Assembly: GCF_963921235.1 (NCBI RefSeq)
Contig: NC_086098.1
Coordinates: 5,766,001 to 5,830,000 of the forward strand
Direction of reading: 5' to 3'
DNA length: 64,000 bases
From: Mobula hypostoma
Lineage: Eukaryota
The translations under genes and the position numbers were made by a program. Below, one piece after another: positions 38,571 to 50,874 of this stretch (positions within the stretch are counted from its first letter, which is position 1; every line of letters starts with the position of its first letter). The notes under the pieces were generated by a model, which worked only from the letters and a program-made list of their open reading frames with translations, was not told where the DNA came from and did not search any database.

Positions 38571-39089
38571 GAGTGTGTTGTACGGGGCATGACCATGTAT
38601 TCATTCCCGAGCATGTTCACTGATACCCCATCGACCTGTCCTTTCTATGGATGAGAGGAGTCAGTGTACCATGCCTACACAGAGTGTGAGAGGTTGCAGC
38701 CAATGTTTGAATATCTGAAGGGGCTGCTCCTCGAGTTCTGACCGCCCTTCAGCCCCGTACTCCTGGTTTAAGGGTATCATAAGGAAGGGGGTGTGGGTCA
38801 CACAGAGGATGTCCTGGTAGGCTTGCTCGTAGACCTGGCCAAGATGACTATTCAGGGGCTCTGCCTGAGATGACTGCCTTCATCTCTTCCGGGGCTACAT
38901 CTGTGCAGGGAGCATGCGACCATTGTGGGTACAGTGGAGGATCTCCAGGAAGGGTGACAGCCCTTTCCCCCAGGGAATTGAGTGCCTTATGGATGCTAAT
39001 CACTGTATTTGAATTTAAATCCAGTATTATATTCCCTATCATTAATGTATTTTATTTTTGAATGAAGTTTTGCATATTTTTTAAAAAAA
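38571..39089 (+). mobile_element. Tx1/L1-clade 3' end inserted into the Gypsy LTR
   Basis: TSD gatggtgtttg (38560-38570, 39090-39100) and an A-tail. Translation TDTPSTCPFYG*EESVYHAYTECERLQP..GLLVDLAKMTI matches a Tx1-type zinc finger. Confidence 0.85.
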
Positions 39090-42000
39090 GATGGTGTTTG
39101 TAAATTATGTAGAACAATTTCTAATATGAACAATATGTGTCATCTGTCACTCATGACTCTACACAGAATTCACCAAAACCTGGCATTGTGAGCCTGTCTG
39201 GGAGTCATGCAAGCTGCCCCGCTGGGTCCTATGTGCTTTGATTGGAGTATCTGCCCCATCCAGGGGTGCGCTGACACACATGAGGTGGTCATGTTGTGGC
39301 GCGCAGGGTATAGTAGTGGAATCAGCCAGGTCTTGTTTAGTGGTTTAAGGTGATCTACAGAGATACATTCAGGTTCCCCCTTCCTATCTACAACCAAAGA
39401 CTTTTTGCCCCCTTCTAAAACATGGAATGGGCTATCATGAAGGGGCTGAAGGGGGTGTTGATGCACACCGTGGAGGACAAAAATGCACAATGTAGAAGGT
39501 AGGTCAACTGGAACCCAAGAGTGCTGTTTGCCACGATGGGAGGTTGGAATAGATGTAAAAGAATTAAGTTTACCGAGGAGGACAGAATTCTGTTGAGATG
39601 TCAACCAGACAGTTGTGGCGTCAGGAATAGAATCATCCAGTACCCATAGTGGTTGCATGTACAGCAACTCAGCTGCACTGGAATGCAAGCCCTCTTTTGG
39701 AGCCGTCCTGAGCCTCAGCAAGATCCATGGGAGATGATTGTGCCAACATTCGTCCATTGTTCAGAGCAGCAGCCTTTAAGGACCAGTGAAACCACTCACA
39801 CAGGCCACTGGACTGTTGGTGATACACCGTGATGTGATGCAATTTAACTCCAAGGTTCTGGGCCATTGTGACCCAAAGGTGTGAGGTGAGTTGGAGACCG
39901 TGGTTAGAAGAAAAACTCATTGGGCTGCCGAACTTAACCCAGGTGTTGATGAACGCCCAAGCCATGTCCACAGCTGTCATTGATGCTAGAGGGACAACCT
40001 CTGGCCAGCTGGTGGTATGGTCCACTATTGGAAGGACACGTGTGAAACCAAGGGATGGCGGGGGAGAGGACCGATCAGGTTGAGTGAAGTAGTCCAACCA
40101 TCACTGAAGAACTAGAAAGGTGCCAATGTTGTCCTAAAGTAATGGTTAATTTTCATCCGCTGACACACAACTACACAAGCTGTACTCCAGTCTTGAATGG
40201 CTTTCTTAAGGTCATGCCACATAAACCTTCAAGTAACCAGTTTCTATGAGGCCTCCCCTTACCCCTTGCTGAACGCGAGAGGCCATAAATGGAGTTAAGG
40301 GTAGTACGTCTCCAGTTTGCAGGCACTATGGGGTGAGTGTGAATGATTGAGACATTGCACAGGAGAGAAACCCCTGCATCCCCAAACATGACATCAGACA
40401 AATGCAAGCCTGCAACTGCTGTGCTGTAAGCCTGGACCTTTGTGGTAGCTTGTTTGGCTGCCATGCCGGCATAGTCAACCCTGAGGTGGATGACATTAAT
40501 GGCAGGCCGTGAGAGGCAATCAGCCATGGTGTTATTTTTCCCTTTGATGTACTACATGTCAGTAGTGATTTCTGAAACATAGGCCAGGTGGTGTTGCTGC
40601 ATGCAGACCAAGGGTCTGCCGCTTTGGCCATCGTGTGCACGAGGGGTTTGTGGTCAATGAATGTTGTGAAATGCCAAACCTCCAGCAGAAAATGAAAATT
40701 GCAGATGGCCAGATAGAGACTGAGATGTTAGCGGTCAAACGTATGGTACTTCCTTTCGGGGGGACGGAGCTGCCAGCTGGTGAAGGCGATCGGCTGTCAT
40801 ATGCCCCTAAGCAACTGTTTGTGCACAGCACACACAGCATAGTCTGAAGGGCCAGTAGTAATGGCTATAAGTGCATTGGGGAATGGGTGTGACAGTAGGG
40901 TCACAATGGAAACAGCCCGTTTGGTGTCATCAGATACTCTGGTCATGCCCGCTGACCGGTCAAACACGCGATTAGGGGCATTGCCTTTAAGGGCATTATA
41001 CAGGGGGAGCATACAGCAGCTTGCGGAATGAAGTGGTGATAGAAATTCACCATGCCTAAAAAGTCCTGTAGATTTTGTAGTAGTTCGAGGCAATGGGAAA
41101 TCCAAAATAGCAGCGACCTTTGTCAGTGGGGGTTTTGCACATTCTGCAGAGATGCAGTGGCCGAGAAAGTCAATAATGAAAAGATCTGCAGTGGTGTTTA
41201 GTGGGGTTAATAATCAGCCCACGTTGGATTCAGTTCTTAAAAAGTGTGTGGAGATGTGATAAGTGTTCGATTTTGGATGCGATGGTGACAACTATGTTGT
41301 CCAAGTAAACAAAAAGAAAATCAAAGTCTTTTAACACAGTCTTTTAGTTGCTAGAAAGTCTATGGTGCATTTTGCAGCCCAGAAACCATGCACAGAAACT
41401 CAAACAGGCCAAACGGTGTTATAACAGCAGTTTGAGAATGCCCTCACTGCACACAGGCATCAGAGGGTGGTCCCTGACCAAATCCACTTTAGGGAAAGCT
41501 ATCTTTCTGGCTAAACATGCTGAAACTTCCTGAATATGTGGGACTGGGTAACGGTTGGGAGTGATGGCCTTGTTATGTGGGCGGTAATCACTGCACGGAT
41601 GGCAAACCCCATTGGGCTTTGGGGCCATGTGAAGGGGCAAAGCTCAAGGGTTATTCGACCTGCGTACAGTGCCAAGTATTTCCATGACCGCTTGCGCTGG
41701 CCAGCTTTTCTGAATCCAGTCTACGTGCACAGGCATGGACTGGTGAGCCAGTTGTGGAAATGTGATACTCAACTCCATGCTTTGAGGCTGTAGTTGAGAA
41801 TGTGGGCTTGGTGAGGTTTGGGAATTTGCCCAGCAGATGAGTGAATTCACATGAGGTTGTGTATGCGCTAGACAGAGTCATTGTGGGGACCTTACAGGGG
41901 GAGCAGGGAAAAGACCAGGAGTCCTTTGCGTTCACAGGCCAGCAGTTCTTAAGATCTACTTACAGTCATTTGGCACAGAGTAAATCTGTGCCAAGCAGAG

Positions 42001-42644
42001 GTCCGGCAACTTTAGCCAAGACAAAGTCCTGTGAGTAGCATGGTCCACTGAAGCAGAGGGTTAGTGTCCTGCATCGTGTCCCATAATTCTGGATCCTGCT
42101 GCTGTTGGCAGCCTTCAGTGAGGGTGCATCGCTCTCTGCCTTTTATGCTGGCAGCACACTCACTTGAGTGCCTGTGTCATATAGGAGACATTGCCCTGAA
42201 TGAGTGTTTGTAATGAACTGTAATGAACAATAGACGATCTGGCAGCTGGAACCCCCAGTGTTCACAGGCCTCCGACACCCCGATGTACTGGCACTGTCGA
42301 AGCTGTGCGGCGGTTGGTACTTCTTGGCGTTCATGTTGAAGCATGCGTGGTAAAAACATAGACCCATTGTCTGGATCAGAGCTACAAGCATGAGCCTGCT
42401 GGAGGACTTATTGAGACAGGGAAGGTTGGAGGAATGATGCTCTTCTGCCTGACTGAGTGTAGACTTTCGGCCATTTTAGCAAGCTCCCTGTAATATTTCA
42501 CGAGTCTATTGGTGAGGGCTGCGTGAACTTGATCAGGCATTTATTGCATAAGCAGCTCTTTAGAAGTAAAACAAGGATGGTGATTGCCCAGGACAGATAG
42601 TGAGTAGTCCATTAGTTCTGAAGGCCTCGCATCATGCAGGCTGT

Positions 42645-43132
42645 GCTTACCAGAATGCTGCATGGTTTTGGAGGGCATGTGCAAACACGAGAAGCTGGGT
42701 AAACTTGGGCTGTTTTCTCTGGAGAGCCAGAGGCTGAGGGGAGATCTGATAGAGGTTTACAAGTTTAAGAGAAACATAGATAGAGTGGACAGGGAGTATC
42801 TGTTTCACAGGGTTGAAATGTTTAATTCCAGAGGGCATGCGTTGAAGGTGAGAGGGGGTAGGTTCAAGGGGGATGTAAGGGGTAAGTTTTTTACTCAGAG
42901 AGTGGTGGATGTCTGGAATGTGCTGCTTGGTATGGTGGTAGAGGCAAATACACTGGACTTTTAAGAGATGTTTGGATAGGCACATGGAGGTAAAGAAGAT
43001 GGAGGGATATGGACATGGTGTAGGTAGAAGGGATTAATTTTTGGAGGACTTTGATTTGTTTTTTAGCTGGGTCGGCAGAACATTGTGGGCCGAAGGGTCC
43101 GTTCCTGTGCTGTACTGTTCTATGTCCTATGT
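42645..43132 (+). mobile_element. CR1 3' fragment nested in the Gypsy gag
   Basis: LGLFSLESQRLRGDLIEVYK..FFTQRVVDVWN and a CR1 tail. Confidence 0.9.
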
Positions 43133-44339
43133 TTGGTGTGGTTATGCTCAGACAGTCCAATATTCTGTTATGGGTGAGGTTTCAGAAAGACGTACAGGCA
43201 GCTCTCCTTGTAGACTCATCACAAGAAGCAGATCTTCTAGTAGACACCACTAGGCTGTAGTGCAACTACTCAGCGGTTCTATGACGTAGTAAATTTGGTA
43301 TAGTCCGCAGTGATTTCTCACAGAGCCAACTGGGCTGCCGCATGTGCAAACCATGTGGTAGCCTACTGGTGCTAAAACTCCCAGAGCTTCAAAACGACTG
43401 TGTTGGTCAACATGTGGTTGAATAACTCTTGCATCTTCTGAGAGTGTCGGGACCACCAATGTAGGAGTTTTCTGAATAAAACATGCGAGAGTAGTTTTCT
43501 GTGCTGAACAACTGCCTCAGGCCTTTACTTCCATTACCGACAAACCGAAAGTACTTGTCTAACATTGAAATCATTATGTCAGATACCGTCTCTTAAAGTG
43601 AACACAACTCAATGACTGAGTTTGTAAATTATGTAGAACAACTATTATGAACAATATGTATCATCTGCCACCCATTATATTACCCTACAAGAGAAAGAAA
43701 TAATTTTGAGAAAAGTGGATAGCTAAAATGGAAATATATCTCCCTGTTGTCCTTCTTTGTGTGTCTCACTTGCTGCACTTCTTTCTCGGAAAAAACATTC
43801 CAGGATTCTTTGGCATAAAACCCAATAGATTCACAAGCCTGGAAACACATATAACCATATAACAATTACAGCACGGAAACAGGCCATCTCGGCCCTTCTA
43901 ATCCGTGCCAAAATCTTACTCTCACCTAGTCTCACCGACCTATACTCAGCCCATAACCCTCCATTCCTTTCCTGTCCATATATCTATCCAATTTAACTTT
44001 AAACGACAACATCGAACCTGCCTCAACCACTTCTGCTGGAAGCTCGTTCCACACAGCTACATACAACTAGGCTCAAGGACAGCTTCTGTCTCACTGATAT
44101 CAGACTATTAAATAGTTCCCTAGCACAATAAGTTGGATTTTGACCTCACAATCTACCTTTCTCTGTAGCTGTTTGACTTTATTCTGCATTGTTATTGCTT
44201 TACCTTGTTGTACCTCAATGCACTGTGTAATGATCCGGTCTATATGAACAGTATGGAAGACAAGAGTTTCACTGTATCTCGGGACATGTAACAATTATAA
44301 ACCAATTTTAATTCCAATTCCCAGTAGTCTACATCAGGT

Positions 44340-44825
44340 TCATTTGTTCATCACAGCCCAGTCCATCGTAGGTAAAGCCCCCCTCCCACCCTTGAGCACA
44401 CTTACAAGGAGCACTGTCACAGGGAAGCAGCATTGATCCCCAAGGACCTTCGCCATCCAGACCATGCTCTCTTCTCGCTACTGTCATCGGGCGTAAGGTA
44501 CAAGAGCCTTAGGCTCCACACCACCAGGTTTAGGAACAGTTATTACCCTTCAACCATCAGGCTCCTGAACCAGCTTGGATAATTTCACTCACCTCAACAC
44601 TGAACTGATTCTGCAACCTTTGAACTCACTTTCAAGGTCTTCACAACTCATTCCAAATATTATTTATTATTTATTATTTATTTGCATACTTTGACATTTT
44701 TTGCACTTTGGTTGTTTGTCAGTCTTATGTATAGTTTTCCATAAAATCTATTGCATTTCATTATTTTTGTGGAAATGAATCTTAAGGTGGTATATGGTGA
44801 CATTTACATACTTTGATTTTGATTT
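44340..44825 (+). mobile_element. Rex1/Babar 3' fragment
   Basis: HPDHALFSLLSSGVRYKSL; caccaccaggtttaggaacagttattacccttcaaccatcagg. Confidence 0.72.
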
Positions 44826-46082
44826 TTACAGGAAAATGGGCAGGGAAGACTGCAATGGAGAGAAGAGACTGCATTTGATGGGAACACGGAATACAAGTCT
44901 GCTCAGCCGCTGGATCACCAACAATTTAGAAGGATCCCAATGGACATATCTCCAACAAACTGGCTGCACCCTTGGGGAATCCTGGAATTGGAGCATAGCG
45001 CAGTCAGAAGCTAATGAGGGAATGGATGGAGATGATTGGTCAGCAATTCGATACATCACATTGATAGATTATACAATATTTGCAAAAGTCTTAAGCATGC
45101 TATATTTTTTTGATGGTTTCAGATGGTATGACCTCTACATAACTCCGAGCTTGATATCATCGAGTCTGTCTCGGGTTTCCTGGAGAGACAGAAGTATGTG
45201 AGACAATCAATGTCTGCAGAGGAACAATGGCAAATTGTCCAAGATGCTTGGACCAACCTACCAACGGATTTTCTTAGGTACACTGTCATGCAGTTTTATA
45301 AGAGAATTCATACAGTTTTAAAGGCAAAAGGTAGTCACACCAAATATTGATTTATTTCATTTTTTTATTGGTTACTGCTCTTTATAGTATTTTTTGATAT
45401 TTAGAAATGTTTCAATTCATTATTTTTGAAAGCATCTTCTCATTACATATTTTTTTGTGTGCACAGTACTATATAAGGTGGTTTTGTATGCCACATTGTA
45501 AACACAAGGGATTCTGCAGATGCTGGAAGTCAAGGGTAATGCACACAAAATGCCGGAGGAACTCAGCACGTCTGGGTCTCAGCCTGAAATATCAAATGTT
45601 TATTTATTTTATTCAAGACCCTGATGTTTGAAGGGTAGTAACTATTCCTGAACCTGGTGGTGTGAGTCCTGAGGCTCCTGCACCTTCTTCCCGATGGCAG
45701 TGGTGAGAAGAGAGCGTAACCTGGGTGGTGGGGGTTCTTGATAAAGGTTGCTGCTTTCCTCTGTAGATTGCCCCATAGTGAGGGTCACACAGCATAGAAA
45801 TAACACTTTGACCCACTGGGTCTGCACAATCAACTACACGTTAGCACTATTCTTACATTCTCATTCCATTTCAGATGATCAGTTACAGATGGCGTTGCTA
45901 TTCTGTCATGATTGGTGTTTCACATTAATCATAATCATTCAGGGGTTGTGGGCTTTGCTGTAAGAACAGCATTCATTAATCATTCCTGTTTGCCATCGAA
46001 GATAGTGAGGTACTTTCCTGATACGGTTCAGTGCCATCATGTCGGCACTGAGATTGGGCAAGAACAAAGGAATAGCGAATAA

Positions 46083-46595
46083 ACACTCAGCGACCACTTT
46101 ATTACATACCTCTTCTACCTAATAAAGCGGCCAGTTGTCTTCTACTGCTGGAGCCCATCCACTTCAAGGTCTGATGTATTACGCATTCAAGAACGCTCTT
46201 CTGCACACCACTATTGTAACACATGGTTACTGTCACCCTCTGTCAGCTTGAACCAATATGGTCATTCTCCTCTGACCTCTCTCATCAAAGAGACGTTTTG
46301 GCCCACAGATCCACCACTCACTGGATGTTTTTTTTTTCACCATTCCCTGTAAACTCTGCAGACTGTTTTGTGTGAAAATCCTAAGAGATCAGCAGTTTCT
46401 GAGATAATCAAAACACCCTGTCTGACACCAAAAATCATTCCACAGTCAAAGTGACTTAGATCACATTTCTTCCCCATTCTGATGTTTGGTCTGAACAACA
46501 ACTGAACCTCTTGACAGTGTCTGCATGCTTTTATGCATTGAGTTGCTGCCACATGATTGGCTGATTAAATATTTGCATTAATGAACAGGTGTACA
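46083..46595 (-). mobile_element. Non-autonomous Tc1 derivative
   Basis: TIR cactcagcgaccactttatt and MGKKCDLSHFDCGMIFGVRQGVLIISETADLLGFSHKTVCRVYREW. Confidence 0.85.
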
Positions 46596-48519
46596 GCTGT
46601 TCTGTAACTCTCTGTCTCTCTACATATAACTGAATTAAAAAGTATAGTGCAAAAAGAAAATAGTGAGGTAGTGTTCATAGGTTAATTGTCCATTCAGAAA
46701 TCAGGTGGCAGAGGGGAAGAAGCTGCTCCTGAAACATTGGGTGTGTGTCTTTAGGCTCCTGTACCTCCTCCCTGATCGCAGCAATGAGAAGAGGGCATGA
46801 CCTGCGTAAAGCAGATTTTTATACCAAAAGGGGAGACTACTTTTGCAAACAACCCCAGCAAGTCTGGTTACAGGGGATTGGAAATTCAGGAAGATAAGCC
46901 CCGTGCAATTAAGAGTGTTTAGTGGGGAAACAGTGAAAAGGGAATTGTCAATGAAGCTAAGATTAGAATTGATTATAGCATTACAGAAATCTGGGGCAGA
47001 CATCCTCAGGAGTGTAGAATTTATCAGCTCATCAATATAATTTATATGATCCAGTAAAGATCTTCACAGAAATGCTGAAATAGTCACAGATAGCTTAGCA
47101 AGTTTTATCCATAGGGAGCTTAGTATGAATAGAGTTATTGTCATAGAGCACTACATCACAGAGGCCCTTCAGGCCATCTAGTCCATGCTAAAATATTATT
47201 CTGTCTCATCTTATTGACCTGCACCCGAACCATAACCCTCCGTACCCCTCCCATCCATGAAGATATCCAAAAGGTTCTCCCGTCATGTACCCCTTGAACA
47301 TTTCATCTTTCACCCTTAACCCAAGATCTCTGGTTCTAGTCTCACCCAAGCTCAGTGCAAAAAGTCTGCTTATCTATACCCTCATAATTTTGTGTACCTC
47401 TGGCTGGTGTCATGGTAGCGTAGTGGTTAGAGTAACACTATCACGTCTCGTCCTCTGTTAGAAAGTCTGTGCACTCTTCAACCCACATGTGCACCTGGGT
47501 TTCTTCCAGGTGATCTAGTTTCTTCTTACAGTTAAAAGACATATTGGTTAGTAGGTTAATTGGTCTTTGTAAATCGTCCTGTGGTTAGGCTAGGGTTAAA
47601 TCGGTGGGTGGTACAGCTTAGTGGGCCAGAAGGGCTTCCTCCACGCTGCATCTCTAAAGAAATAAGTGAGTCATTCAGGATTAAAATCCGAATCACTTTA
47701 TTGCCAGTACATGAAACATACCAGAAATGATTGTGGTTCGGTGCCAAGCATCAAGCACAGAACAATAGCATAATAGACAAAATAACAGCAACCAACAATT
47801 TACAAGACAATAGTGCAAACAGCCCTGAGCAATCAGCAATTAGCAGAATGGTCACATGTGCAAATGTCAATCAGCAAACTTAAATAAACACGAAGATATG
47901 AACAGACTCAATAATTATCAACAGAACAAGGAGAGCAGGAACAACCATTTAACAGATGTTGTGCAGGGACTGTTAGGGTCTTACAACTGAGTGAGTTTTG
48001 TTGAGAAGCTGATAGCACCAGGAAAGAAGTTTCGGAGATGGACTTCTGATGGCAAATTGTTGAAAAGGTGACTAGTAGGTCGTCCACTCATTTTCCTACG
48101 CTTCAGGGAATAAATTCCTAACCTATTCAACCTTTCCCTATAACTCAGGTCCTCAAGTCCTGGCAACACCCTTGTAAATTTTCTCTGCACTCTTTCAATT
48201 GTATTGATGACTTTCTTGCAGGTAGGATAATTTGACCACTCATGCATGAAGCTGGCATAAAGCCTAAATATACTGGAGATGTCCACTAGGACGAGAATCA
48301 TCTACGGAAAGAAAAGGTGAACTAATGCTTCAGCTCTAAGACTGTTCATTAAAACTAGTAGCTAGGAAATTAAAGGGCCCCTTTTTGAGTTTAGTTGACT
48401 CATGGTAACTTTATGCTATTTTAAAGGGTTGAATCTGGAAATTCTTTTCCAAATTTGAATATGGTGCTTCATATTGTATCTATCATGCAAGCACAATAAC
48501 TGGACAAACTACTGAACAA

Positions 48520-49110
48520 TATTTTTGAGCACCTTCGCTACATCCACAACAAGTAAGATTTCTCGATGGTCAACCAATCCCTATTGTATTGTAAGGATGC
48601 AGGAGCAACACCATATATTCCATCTGGGTATCCACCGACCTGTCGGCATGAACATCAATTTCTCTAACTTCTGGAAATTCCTCCCCCTTTTCCCTTCTCA
48701 CTTTTTCCATTCCCCATTCTGACTCCCCTCTTATCTCTTCTCCTCACCTGCCTACCACCTCCCTCTGCTGACCCTCTTCCTTCCTTTCCTCCCATGGTCC
48801 ACATACCTCTCAAATCAGATTCCTTCTTCTTGAGCCATTGACCTTTTCCACCAATCACCTTCCAGCTTCTTACTTCATCCTCCCCTCCCCCACCCATCCC
48901 CACTGATCCCAACCCTAATACTATCCCCTTCCAGCTTGTACTCCTTCCCCTCTCCACATTCCTATCCTGTTTTCCTCCTGTCCTTTCCAGTCCTGATGTA
49001 GGCTCTCAGCCTGAAAAGTCAATTGTTTATTCCTTTCCATAGATGCTGCCTGACCTGCTGAGTTCCAACTGCACTCTGGATTTCCAGCATCTTCAGAATC
49101 TCTGTTTATG
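48520..49110 (+). mobile_element. Penelope-like 3' region with decayed hammerhead
   Basis: EQHHIFHLGIHRPVGMNINFSNF (Penelope ORF end), a pyrimidine tract, then ccagtc ctgatgt aggctctcagcct gaaaagtcaattg. Confidence 0.78.
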
Positions 49111-49902
49111 CTAGCTATCTATCATGTTATTGTGTAAAGGTTAATATCTCCGCACAAAAACAGCATTACAAAAACCAACAGATCTGTGCAGTGAGAAGAA
49201 GCATTGTCAGTGATAATAATAACTAAATTTGGTGAAATGTTTTTATTTTGTGTGCAAATTGCTTCGTGACCATGATAAATCACAACATAATTCTTTCTTT
49301 AATTAGTTAACACAAGCACTCTGCAGAATTCCCCAGGGTGTACATGATATTTGTTGTGACTTTCTCTTCAATCACAGAGAGAAAAAAAAACTCCAGATGC
49401 TAGAAGAGAAAATACAGGAATGCTGGAAATGCTTAGCAGGTCAGTCAGTGGTGAGAGGAACTCAGAAGGTTTCAGATCCATGAACTTCCAGTAGAACCTT
49501 GCCTTTCTATCAGAATGGTCTTCATTTTAAGCCTGGGTTCCTTTTACTGAGAACAACTTGAAGTTCAAAGTTCAAAATAAATTTATTATTAAAGTATGTA
49601 TATGTCACCATCTACTACCCTGAGAATCATTCCCTTCTGGGCATTCGCAGTAGATACAAAGAAATACAATACAATACATTGTACATACAAACAGAATTGG
49701 AAAAACAAATACAAAGAAAACAAATAATAAAAATAATGAACAAATAAATATTGACAGCATGAGTTGTAGAGTCCTTGAATTGAATCCCATAGGTTCAAAG
49801 GTTCAAAAGTTCAAAAGTTCATTTATTAACAAAGCATGCATCCATATAGAACTCTGACATTTGTCTTCTCCAGACTACACTGTAGAGCACAGAGCACAGA
49901 AC

Positions 49903-50138
49903 AGTACAGCGTGGAGAGTAGACCATCGACCATAGACCACAACGCATTGAGCATTGAGAAGTACAGCGTAGAGAGTAGACCATCGACCATAGACCACAAC
50001 GCATTGAGCATCGAGCTGTACAGCGTAGAGCGTAGACCATCGACCATAGACCACAACGCATTGAGCATTGAGGCGTATAGCATAGAGCATAGACCATCGA
50101 CCATAGACCACAACGCATTGAGCATCGAGCAGTACAGC
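49903..50138. repeat. 57-bp minisatellite, about 4 copies
   Basis: gtacagc recurs at 49904, 49961, 50018, 50075 (variant) and 50132. Directly abuts the tail of a minus-strand CR1. Confidence 0.92.
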
Positions 50139-50456
50139 ACAGGAACAGGCCCACTATGTTGTGCTGATCCAACGTAGTCAGCAAATGGCCAATCTAGCTA
50201 ATCCTCGCTGCCTACACAATGTCCATATCCTTCCATTTTCTGCACATTCATGTACCTATCTAAATGTCTCTTAAAGGTCCCTAATGTATCTGCTTCCACC
50301 AGCGCTCCAGGCAGCACATTCCAGGCACCCACCACTCTGTGAATGAAACTTGCCCTTCACATCTATGAAATTACCCCATATCACCCAAAATACATGCCCT
50401 ATGGTTTTAGACATTTCTACTCAGGGAAAAAGACACTGTCTATCTACTCAATCTAT

Positions 50457-50671
50457 TGCCAGCTGGTGGCGTAGTGGCATCAGCGCCGGACTCCGGAGCG
50501 AAGGCTCCCAAGTTCGAATCCAGCCGGCTCCCTTGCACGCTTTCCATCCGTGCTGTGTTGAGCATCAAGCTAGCAACTCTGCCTCATAAAAATAAGAAAG
50601 CCTGCTAAAAAAACGCCGTCATGATGGCTTCCCGATGACTCCACTCGGAGTTAAGGGCTTTCTTCTTCTTC
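50457..50671 (+). mobile_element. tRNA-derived SINE, family B, with (TTC)n tail
   Basis: A-box tggcgtagtgg and B-box agttcgaatcc. Perfect 11-bp TSD actcaatctat (50446-50456, 50672-50682). Sits inside a minus-strand CR1 (about 50130-50760). Confidence 0.88.
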
Positions 50672-50874
50672 ACTCAATCTATGCCTGTCATGATCTGATA
50701 AACTTCTATCAGATCTTCCATCAGCTTTCGGCTCTCCAGAGAAAAAAAGCCCAAGTTGTTTCTTACATGATACATTTTGGTTAGCTCCCCAAGACCTTCA
50801 AATTTGGTTTCTTTCAAAATTGATTTTAATGTTTCCAAAATTTATTTAAATATATTTTCAGAGGTTCCTTATGT

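Larger units (their letters stand above)
38408..43689 (-). mobile_element. Gypsy LTR retrotransposon, structurally complete but heavily decayed
   Basis: Two homologous TGTA...TACA LTRs (38408-39163 with an insertion; 43460-43689). PBS-like tggtggtcccgac (reverse complement of 43446-43458), close to the tRNA-Trp-type TGGTGACCCCGAC. Remnants of gag (LCFYH), protease (LYDTGTQVSVLP), RT (PLHMAPK..DYR..RYPVPHIQ; FVYLDN), RNase H (VADCLSR) and integrase (WPEVVPL..HLPWILL.LRTAPKE..SVDHLKP). Confidence 0.9.

Noticed and set aside
44794..45201. 135-aa ORF
   Set aside because: It spans a Rex tail, an unclassified segment and a Tc1-like remnant, with no recognisable protein.
49819..50184. Repetitive ORFs on both strands
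   Set aside because: A by-product of the 57-bp (19-codon) tandem repeat.
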